This document shows, piece after piece, positions 57,167 to 64,000 of a stretch of DNA of 64,000 bases. The notes beneath the pieces are model-generated. The model was not told the origin of the DNA. It did not search any database and was given only the letters and a program-made list of their open reading frames with translations. Each line of letters begins with the position of its first letter. The stretch's first letter is position 1. The stretch covers positions 2,737 through 66,736 of the forward strand of contig JAKPOQ010000004.1 in NCBI GenBank assembly GCA_029547745.1. Reading direction: 5' to 3'. The DNA is from Actinomycetes bacterium. Lineage in GTDB: Bacteria; Actinomycetota; Thermoleophilia; UBA2241. The position numbers were made by a program, and so were the translations under genes.

Positions 57167-57991
57167 ATGAGTGACGATCGGCTGGTGGTCGGCATCGACA
57201 TCGCGGCGTCGCGACCCTGTACGGCCGTGGCGCTCAGCTGCGGGCGCCTCGCCCCGGCGGTCGGTTGGAGGGAGGCACTCGTCGACGCGGAGCCGGCACG
57301 GGACGATACGCCGGCGATGCTCGACTGGATCGATGGCCTGCATCCCGAAGCCGTCGCGGTCGATGCCCCACAGGGCTACAACCGCCGTCTCCTGGAGTAT
57401 GCGCAGGGGCACGGCGCGACGCGGTCGCGGGTGTGCGACCACGAACTCCTGCGGCGCCGCATCTCGCTGTATCAGGTCCCCAGCAGGAAAGACGTCGCTG
57501 CCGATCGGGTTGCCTTGCCGCCATGGATGGGGGTCGGCTTCCGCTACTTCAGGGAGCTCAGGAAACGTGGCTACGAGGCGCCGCCCCGGGGCGCCCTGCC
57601 GGGCGCCTTCGGAGCGGCGCCCGCCGTGCTCGAGGTCTTTCCCTACGCGACGTTCGTGACCCTGCTCGGTGGCCTTCTCTCGAAGAAGAGCACGCGCGAG
57701 GGCCTTCGGCTGCGCGTGCTCTGCTTGCGCGAAGCGGGGGTACGCTGGGACACGCGCGACGACGCCTACTTCGACCACGACTCGCTCGACGCCCTGGCCG
57801 CGGCGCTCACGGCTTGGAGGTTCCTCCAGGGCAGGGCGAGCGCTCTCGGTGACGAGCGCGAGGGATTGCTGTGGCTGCCGGTGACTGCAGACGAGCTGTC
57901 AGATGGGCCGTATGCGCCGCTACCTCCAGCACCGCGGCCCCAGCCGTTCGTGGCGAGCGGACGGCGGCAGGGCGTGTGCCCGCGGCGCTGA
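57167..57991 (+). CDS. DUF429-like predicted RNase-H-fold protein
   Basis: N-terminal VVGIDIAASRP...AVAVDAPQGYN, an RNase H/RuvC-like pattern. Weak call. Confidence 0.5.
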   Translation: MSDDRLVVGIDIAASRPCTAVALSCGRLAPAVGWREALVDAEPARDDTPAMLDWIDGLHPEAVAVDAPQGYNRRLLEYAQGHGATRSRVCDHELLRRRISLYQVPSRKDVAADRVALPPWMGVGFRYFRELRKRGYEAPPRGALPGAFGAAPAVLEVFPYATFVTLLGGLLSKKSTREGLRLRVLCLREAGVRWDTRDDAYFDHDSLDALAAALTAWRFLQGRASALGDEREGLLWLPVTADELSDGPYAPLPPAPRPQPFVASGRRQGVCPRR

Positions 57992-58016
57992 CGCGCCCAG
58001 CCCTACGGCCCCGTCG

Positions 58017-58886
58017 TCAGAGCACGATCTTGTTGAGCGGGTACTCCACGATACCCTGTGCCCCGGCTTCCTTGAGCCGCGGGATGATCTCGCGCACGAC
58101 CCTCTCGTCGAGGATCGTGTTGACCGCGATCCAGCCCTCGTCGCTCAGCGGAGAGACGGTGGGCCTGCGCAACGCGGGGAGGACGTCGAGGACGGCGTCG
58201 AGACTCGCCACCTCGACGTTCATCATGAGGCCGACCTTGTCCAGAGCGTTGATCGCCCCGTGGAGGAGCATCACGACGTCCTCGATCTTGCGGCGCTTGA
58301 CCGGGTCGGCCCAGCTCCCTCGGTTGGCGATGAACTGCGTGGTCGACTCGAGGACCGTGTCGATCACGCGGAGCTTATTCGCCCGCAGGGACGAGCCCGT
58401 CTCGGTGACCTCGACGATGGCGTCGGCGAGCTCGGGCAACTTGGCCTCGGTCGCACCCCAACTGAACTCGACCCTCGCCCTGACCTCGCGCACGGCCAAC
58501 CAGCGCGTCGTGACGTTGACAAGCTCAGTGGCGACGATACGCCCCTCGAGATCGGAGACCTCGCTGATAGGCGAAGCCTCGGGAACGGCGAGCACCCAAC
58601 GCACCCTGCCGAGACTCTGTTTCGCGTACACCAGCTCGGTCACGGCGTGCACGTCGGCGCCGCTTTCGAGCACCCAGTCGTGGCCGGTCAGACCACAGTC
58701 GAGGGCACCGTCCTCGACGTACCGCGCCATCTCCTGCGCACGTATAAGCATGCAGTCGATCTCGGGGTCGTCGATGGCGGGGAAGTAGGAGCGCGGCGCG
58801 CTGGTGATCAGGAAGCCCGCCCGCCGGAAGAGCTCGATGCTCGCGTTCTCGAGGCTGCCCTTCGGCAGGCCCAGTCTCAGCTTCAT
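58017..58886 (-). CDS. hisG: ATP phosphoribosyltransferase, long form
   Basis: Start [13 protein letters not shown], residue 34 of the track ORF. HisG catalytic and C-terminal regulatory domains are both present. Confidence 0.85.
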   Translation of the reverse strand: MKLRLGLPKGSLENASIELFRRAGFLITSAPRSYFPAIDDPEIDCMLIRAQEMARYVEDGALDCGLTGHDWVLESGADVHAVTELVYAKQSLGRVRWVLAVPEASPISEVSDLEGRIVATELVNVTTRWLAVREVRARVEFSWGATEAKLPELADAIVEVTETGSSLRANKLRVIDTVLESTTQFIANRGSWADPVKRRKIEDVVMLLHGAINALDKVGLMMNVEVASLDAVLDVLPALRRPTVSPLSDEGWIAVNTILDERVVREIIPRLKEAGAQGIVEYPLNKIVL

Positions 58887-59039
58887 GTGACGCCCTTCAC
58901 TCTCGACCTCGTCATGCCGTTGCACTCGCTGCCGGCAACATGAGTCTATCGTACGCGGCGGCCGGAGCCGACCAGCCGCGGCCATGCCGGTGGTGAGGAT
59001 GGCGAGGGGCGGCGCGCCGACGAAGCGCGGCGCGCCGCA

Positions 59040-59201
59040 CTAGTACCGTTTCGGGGGCTCGCAGGCGAACTCCGTGATCACGAGTTCTGCCTTCTTGCTG
59101 CCGCATTTCGGACAGACGGCCTTCTTCTCGCGCTCGTCCCAGTGGCACGTGACCTCATAGCGCGTGCCACACTTGCCGCAACGGAACTCGTAGACCGGCA
59201 T
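59040..59201 (-). CDS. FmdB-family zinc-ribbon protein (53 aa); not in the ORF track
   Basis: The reverse complement reads MPVYEFRCGKCGTRYEVTCHWDERE...CPKCGS... after a GGGAAGGGAGG SD. Coordinates were read from the printed sequence. Confidence 0.6.
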   Translation of the reverse strand: MPVYEFRCGKCGTRYEVTCHWDEREKKAVCPKCGSKKAELVITEFACEPPKRY

Positions 59202-59275
59202 CGCTCGCCTCCCTTCCCTGGTTCCTGATGGTGATGAGGTTCTACCCGGTCTGAGGCTCGTGTAGCATCGCTGCC

Positions 59276-60451
59276 GTGGAGTATCGGTGTCTCGGAAACG
59301 TCGGTTTGCGCGTCTCGGCTCTGGGCTTCGGGGCGATGCGGTTGCCTCTCGCCGGCGACCGTCCGGAGGACATCGACCGCGACGAGGCGCGCCGCATGCT
59401 GCGTCGCGCCATCGACCTCGGCGTGACGTACGTCGACACCGCCTACTCGTACCACGGCGGTCAGTGCGAATCGTGGCTCGGGTGGGCGCTCGGCGATAGC
59501 TATCGCGAGCGAGTCACACTGGCCACCAAACTGCCGACCTGGAAGGTCGAGCGCCGTGACGACTTCGACCGCCTGCTCGACGAGCAACTCACACGGCTCG
59601 GCACAGGCATCGACCTGTACCTCCTGCACAGCCTCGACGAGACGTCATGGCGCGACAACGTCGTCGCTCACGACGTGCTGCGGTCTGCCGAGCGGGCGCT
59701 GGCCGACGGCCGCATCGGTCATCTCGGCTTTTCCTTCCATGACTCGTTCGACGTCTTCATGACGATCCTCACGGCGACGGACCTGTGGGAGTTCTGCCAG
59801 ATCCAGTACAACTACATGGACGAGGACTACCAGGCGGGGAGGCGCGGTCTGTACGCCGCCGCCGAACGGGGCCTCGGCGTCGTCGTCATGGAGCCGCTGC
59901 GCGGCGGCCAGCTCGCGCGGCCCACCCCTGAGGTGGCCGCGATCTGGGCCGCCGCGCAGCGCGACCTCGAGGGCTGCGTGCCGGCCGGGGTCTTGATCCC
60001 GGAGTCGCCCGTGGAGTGGGCGTTGCGCTGGGTGTGGAGCCACCCCGAGGTGTCGCTGCTCCTCAGCGGTATGTCGACCATGGAGCAGGTCGAGCAGAAC
60101 GCGCGCTACGCGGAGCGTTCGTCCGTGCCGCTGAGCGCGGCCGAACTCGCCGTCATCGACCGGGTGCGCGATGCGTACCGGGCCGCGCTGCCGGTGCCCT
60201 GCACGTCATGCAAGTACTGCCTGCCTTGTCCCAACAAGGTGGCGATACCCGACGTCTTCCGCCTGTACAACGACGCCGTCGCCTACGGCGACGTCGACGG
60301 CGCCCGGCGGCAGTACACGTGGCTCCCGGAGGGCGAACGCGGCGACGCGTGCCGGCAGTGCGGCGAGTGTGAGGACCGGTGCCCGCAGCACATCGCCATC
60401 GTCGACTGCCTCCAGAAGGCGCACGCGTTCCTCGCCGCCGGGGACGACTGA
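59276..60451 (+). CDS. Aldo/keto reductase fused to a C-terminal 4Fe-4S cluster-binding domain
   Basis: AKR core with GVTYVDTAYSY. C-terminal CTSCKYCLPCP...CRQCGECEDRCP. Confidence 0.85.
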   Translation: MEYRCLGNVGLRVSALGFGAMRLPLAGDRPEDIDRDEARRMLRRAIDLGVTYVDTAYSYHGGQCESWLGWALGDSYRERVTLATKLPTWKVERRDDFDRLLDEQLTRLGTGIDLYLLHSLDETSWRDNVVAHDVLRSAERALADGRIGHLGFSFHDSFDVFMTILTATDLWEFCQIQYNYMDEDYQAGRRGLYAAAERGLGVVVMEPLRGGQLARPTPEVAAIWAAAQRDLEGCVPAGVLIPESPVEWALRWVWSHPEVSLLLSGMSTMEQVEQNARYAERSSVPLSAAELAVIDRVRDAYRAALPVPCTSCKYCLPCPNKVAIPDVFRLYNDAVAYGDVDGARRQYTWLPEGERGDACRQCGECEDRCPQHIAIVDCLQKAHAFLAAGDD

Positions 60452-60496
60452 CCGGGAGCGAAGACAGGGCGCTCCCCGTTCGCGGCCGCCGGCGCC

Positions 60497-60889
60497 TCAG
60501 GTCTCCGTCGCGAGCACGGCCTCGAGCTTCGGCACCAGGGGCGGCAGGTCATGGACGACCGTATGCCACAGAATACGGTCGTCCACGCCGAAGTACTCGT
60601 GCACGACGACGTTGCGGACCCCGCGCATGATCGCCCAGGGCACATCCGGGTGCGCCTCGCGGATGGGGCCGGGGATCCAGCGCACGGACTCGCCCATCGT
60701 GATCAGGTTGCGGATGACGGCGTCACGCGTCCGCCGGTCGGCGATGAACTCCTCGAAGGTCATGCCCTCGGTGTAGGTGATCGCCGCCCCGACGCTGGCG
60801 ATCATGTCGCGGACGCGGTACCGCCAGTCGCGGAAGCGGAGCCGGGTGCGGCGCTCCTCGATGGATGTGCCTGGCGCCTCAGAAGACAC
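60497..60889 (-). CDS. hepT: HepT-like (DUF86) RNase toxin of a HepT/MntA toxin-antitoxin pair
   Basis: Rx4HxY motif (RNVVVHEY). It overlaps the mntA stop by 11 nt. Confidence 0.8.
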   Translation of the reverse strand: MSSEAPGTSIEERRTRLRFRDWRYRVRDMIASVGAAITYTEGMTFEEFIADRRTRDAVIRNLITMGESVRWIPGPIREAHPDVPWAIMRGVRNVVVHEYFGVDDRILWHTVVHDLPPLVPKLEAVLATET

Positions 60890-61175
60890 GGACGGCCTCG
60901 CTGAGGATCTCGGCGCGCATCTCGGGGCGCAGCGCGTCAGGGGTGGCGAGGTCGATGCGGCTCGACAGCGCCTCCTCGAGCACGCGCTGCAGCTCGACGA
61001 ACCCGAACAGCCCGATATGCACGTGCGGGTCGAACTCCACGAGGATGTCGGTGTCGCTGTGCTCCGTCGCCTCGTCCCGAGCCGTCGAGCCGAAGATCGA
61101 CAGGTGACGGACGCCGAAGCGCTTGATCTGCGACGTGTGGCGCTGCAGGCGGCGGATGGTCTCGCGACGGGTCAC
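60879..61175 (-). CDS. mntA: MntA-like minimal nucleotidyltransferase antitoxin
   Basis: GSx10DxD motif (GSTARDEATEHSDTD). Confidence 0.8.
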   Translation of the reverse strand: MTRRETIRRLQRHTSQIKRFGVRHLSIFGSTARDEATEHSDTDILVEFDPHVHIGLFGFVELQRVLEEALSSRIDLATPDALRPEMRAEILSEAVRVF

Positions 61176-61546
61176 TGTCTCATCCTAGCCGACGTGCTCG
61201 GCGGTGAGAACCCGGGCGCCGTCGTCCCACGACTGGCGCCACGCGCGTCTCCCGTCAAGCGCGCACTTGAGGGCGACTCAGCCTTCCTTGCCCCTGGGGC
61301 TGAACGACGGCCCGCAGATCACGACGTCGCCGTCGTCGACGCCGGCGGCGCCCTTCATCTGGTCGAGGCCGGCTCCGGGGCCGTCACGGGATCCGCGCCG
61401 AAGCCGCCTGCTTGCAGCGCAGGGCTCGAGCGACGCCAGAAGGCGCCGAGCGGCGGCCAGACAGCGTCGCACCGTGGTCCGAAGACGTAGAATCGGGGTC
61501 GAGGCCCTCACGGGGACGGGCACGGCCGCCTCCGGCTTCCTCTACA

Positions 61547-62947
61547 ATGGCCCCGATGCGACGGTTCGGCCTCTCCAAGTCACGGATCACCTACGGGCGG
61601 CAATGCGGGAAGCGGCTGTGGTTGCATGTCCACCGCCCGGCGCTCGCCGAGTATCCTCCCGAGACCATGCGGCGCTTCGCTGCCGGCCACGACGTCGGCG
61701 GTATCGCCCGCGCCTTGCATCCCGAAGGTGTCCTCATCGGATGGCAGGACGACCTGGAGCGCGCCGTGCGCGAGACCGCCCGCGCTCTTGAGCGGCCGGG
61801 CGATCTCGTGTTGTTCGAGGCCGCGTTCCGCCATCGCGGCGTCTTCGTGCGCGCCGACATCCTCCGCCGTCGTGACGGGCGGTACCGGATGACCGAGGTG
61901 AAATCGGCGACGCGGCTCAAGGAGTACCACCTCACCGACGTCGCCGTGCAGACCTGGGTCCTGGAGGGCGCCGGCGTCCCGCTGGCCGCGGTGAACGTCG
62001 CCGTGATAGACCCGCAGTGGGTCTACCCGGGCGGCGAAGACTACCGCGGCCTCTTCAGGGAGATCCCGATCGCCGACCAGGTGCGTCCCATGCTCGCCCA
62101 GGTGCCGGGCTGGGTGACGGGCTTCCTCGCGCTTCTGAACGGCCCCGAACCCGCCATCGCCACGGGGCCGCAGTGCCACAAGCCGTTCGACTGCCCCTTC
62201 CTCCCGTACTGTGAGGGTCGCGAGGGACGGGCGCCGGCGGACGCGGCGGGGGGCGGGGAGGAGGCGCCGCAGGCGCCCGACCCCGCCCTCGGCCGCGTCG
62301 ACCCGGCGGCCTCGGCCTACCTCGCCTCGCTGCCCTTCCCGCGCTTCTACCTCGACTTCGAGACGGTGCAGTTCGCCATCCCCGTGTGGGCGGGGACCCG
62401 ACCGTTCGAGCAGTTGCCGTTCCAGTGGTCGTGTCACGTCGAGACGTCGCCCGGCGTCGTGGAGCACGCCGATTTCCTCGACCTGAGCGGCGACCCTCCC
62501 ATGCGGGCCGCGGCCGAGGCGTTGCTCGCCCGGCTTGGCGATCGTGGCCCTGTCTTCGTCTACACGGACTTCGAGAAGTGGCGCCTCGTCGAGCTGGCGA
62601 CGCGCTTCCCCGACCTCGCGCCGGCGATCGACGGAGTGACGGGTCGCCTCGTGGACCTCTTCCGCCTGACCCGGGCGCACTACAGTCATCCCGCGTTGAA
62701 CGGCTCGTACTCGCTCAAGACGGTGCTGCCGACGGTGGACGCCGCGCTCGCGCACGCCGACCTGGACGAGGTCCGGGACGGTCTCTCCGCGCAGGCCGCT
62801 TTCCATGAGGCCGTCGCTCCCGAGGCCGACGCGACGCGCAGGGAGGAGCTTCGCCGCGCGCTCCTCGACTACTGCGCCCTCGACACGTTGGCGCTCGTCC
62901 GCCTCGCCCATCACCTTGAACGCCGCCCGCGGGCGGTGTCCGTCTGA
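61547..62947 (+). CDS. DUF2779-like protein (PD-(D/E)xK nuclease-like N-terminus, RNase-H-like C-terminus)
   Basis: Start MAPMRRFGLSKSRITYGRQCGKRLWL, residue 46 of the track ORF. Weak family call. Confidence 0.55.
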   Translation: MAPMRRFGLSKSRITYGRQCGKRLWLHVHRPALAEYPPETMRRFAAGHDVGGIARALHPEGVLIGWQDDLERAVRETARALERPGDLVLFEAAFRHRGVFVRADILRRRDGRYRMTEVKSATRLKEYHLTDVAVQTWVLEGAGVPLAAVNVAVIDPQWVYPGGEDYRGLFREIPIADQVRPMLAQVPGWVTGFLALLNGPEPAIATGPQCHKPFDCPFLPYCEGREGRAPADAAGGGEEAPQAPDPALGRVDPAASAYLASLPFPRFYLDFETVQFAIPVWAGTRPFEQLPFQWSCHVETSPGVVEHADFLDLSGDPPMRAAAEALLARLGDRGPVFVYTDFEKWRLVELATRFPDLAPAIDGVTGRLVDLFRLTRAHYSHPALNGSYSLKTVLPTVDAALAHADLDEVRDGLSAQAAFHEAVAPEADATRREELRRALLDYCALDTLALVRLAHHLERRPRAVSV

Positions 62948-62976
62948 CGCCGTTCGACACGAAAGGAGGGCCTGCG

Positions 62977-63555
62977 ATGAAAGTAGTCGCCTTCAACGGC
63001 AGCGCGCGCAAGGACGGCAACACGGCGCTCCTCGTCCGGCACGTCTTCGCCGAGCTCGAGGCCGCAGGCATCGAGACGGAGCTCGTCCAGCTCGCCGGCA
63101 AGAGGTTCTCCGGCTGCACAGGGTGTCTGAAGTGCGCGAGGACGAAGGACAACCGCTGTTCCGGGGTCAAGGACGACGGCGTCAACGCCTGCATCGCCAG
63201 GATGCTCGCCGCCGACGGCATCGTGATCGCGTCGCCGACCTACTACGCCAACTGCAGCGCGACGACGCAGGCGCTCATGGAGCGGGCTGGGTACGCGACG
63301 CGGAGGAACGGTAACCCGCTGGCGCGCAAGGTGGGCGCCGCCGTCGTTGCCGCGCGCCGGGCGGGCGCCATCCACGCCTTCGACTCCATCAACCATTGGT
63401 TCCAGATCAACGAGATGATCGTCGTCGGATCGCGCTACTGGAACGTCGGCATGGGCGAAGAGCCCGGTGAGGTCGAGCACGACGACGAGGGCGTGGAGAC
63501 GATGCGCACCCTGGGACGGAACATGGCCTGGGTCCTCGAGCGCCTGTACGGGTGA
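62977..63555 (+). CDS. Flavodoxin-like NADPH-dependent FMN reductase / iron-sulfur flavoprotein (Isf)-like
   Basis: Starts MKVVAFNGSARKDGNT. Compact Cys cluster CTGCLKCARTKDNRC. Confidence 0.75.
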   Translation: MKVVAFNGSARKDGNTALLVRHVFAELEAAGIETELVQLAGKRFSGCTGCLKCARTKDNRCSGVKDDGVNACIARMLAADGIVIASPTYYANCSATTQALMERAGYATRRNGNPLARKVGAAVVAARRAGAIHAFDSINHWFQINEMIVVGSRYWNVGMGEEPGEVEHDDEGVETMRTLGRNMAWVLERLYG

Positions 63556-63664
63556 ACGCGCCGGGGACGGGCGCGGCGACGGCACGTCGCCGCGCCCGTC
63601 CCCGGCTTTTACGCCGGCGCAGGCTGCGGCATACTAGCGGTCAGCGTTGCGCAAGGAGGGCATT

Positions 63665-64000
63665 GTGGCCAGGTTCATCCCGAGGCAGACCGACTGGTGG
63701 GGGACGACGTGGAAGCTCCTCTTCTTCCTCGCCGTCATCGTCTTCGCGATCGCCGTGATCGAACCGCGGCGTGGGGTGTTCTGGGCCATCCTCTTCATCG
63801 TCGGCGGTCTGTGGGTGTTCGTCTCTCTCGTGTCGACGAAGACCGGCTACAGGTGTGCTCACTGCGGCCACAACTTCCAGGTTCCGACGACGGTGAACTT
63901 CTTCACGCCCTCGCACATGGGCAAGAACGACGACGGCACGTTCTACAGCTACAAGAAGCTCACCTGTCCCCATTGCCACAAGGTATCGAAGGCGCGGCTG
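63665..64000 (+). CDS. Hypothetical membrane protein with zinc-ribbon, 3'-truncated by the window end
   Basis: GTG start after AAGGAGGG SD. Two TM helices, then CAHCGH...CPHCHK. The frame is open to the last base. Confidence 0.45.
   Translation, partial: MARFIPRQTDWWGTTWKLLFFLAVIVFAIAVIEPRRGVFWAILFIVGGLWVFVSLVSTKTGYRCAHCGHNFQVPTTVNFFTPSHMGKNDDGTFYSYKKLTCPHCHKVSKARL

Overview
This 64 kb window is high-GC (about 70%), almost certainly bacterial and gene-dense. The left quarter (1..15810, all on the minus strand) is an [FeFe]-hydrogenase supercluster: a 10-gene operon from rex (start 15746) down to hydA (end 5658). The first gene is a Rex regulator fused to a DRTGG domain. Next comes an uncharacterised cassette: GHKL-ATPase fused to ferredoxin and an RnfB-type FeS domain, a DRTGG protein, a PHP protein and a small GHKL ATPase. 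The operon ends with hydC (NuoE-like), an HndB-like ferredoxin, hydB (a NuoF-GltD fusion) and hydA, followed by a perfect 34-bp palindrome. Downstream of it sits a signalling island at 967..5518: a sensory [FeFe]-hydrogenase-like domain fused to a histidine kinase, a REC-histidine-kinase hybrid, and two single-domain REC proteins, with no DNA-binding output anywhere. Beyond that is a second NuoE/NuoF set (truncated at the window start) headed by a REC gene, behind a promoter region of tandem ~31-bp repeats. The rest of the window is mostly plus-strand housekeeping and accessory genes. These include an aminotransferase, thioesterase, rhomboid protease, M24 peptidase, MBL hydrolase, an Rrf2-Nfu pair, a CYTH protein, CoA-transferase subunits A/B, MTA phosphorylase and an H+/Na+-pyrophosphatase. 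Two tandem paralogous APC-permease/USP fusions are followed by two TrkA-domain genes and tRNA-Phe(GAA). A minus-strand operon encodes a secreted S8 protease, a PP2C phosphatase, an RsbW-like ATPase and a STAS protein; a 15-bp tandem repeat gives the protease an (AWTKF)x6 tail. A radical-SAM gene is transcribed divergently from that operon. Further right are a secreted Amidase_2 with FlgD-Ig repeats, and a 1036-aa CoA-enzyme-activase fusion followed by an HgdB-like gene. Then come a small low-GC islet, an HhH-GPD glycosylase, an ABC-F ATPase and a loose redox-stress set (hemerythrin, OsmC, AKR-FeS, Isf-like flavoprotein). The window ends with hisG, an FmdB zinc ribbon missing from the ORF track, a HepT/MntA toxin-antitoxin pair and a DUF2779 nuclease. 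Many long R/G/P-rich ORFs in the track are antisense shadows of real genes. Coordinates I derived by reading the printed sequence (tRNA, palindromes, repeats, small genes) may be off by 1-2 nt. Starts anchored to the ORF track by residue index are more reliable.
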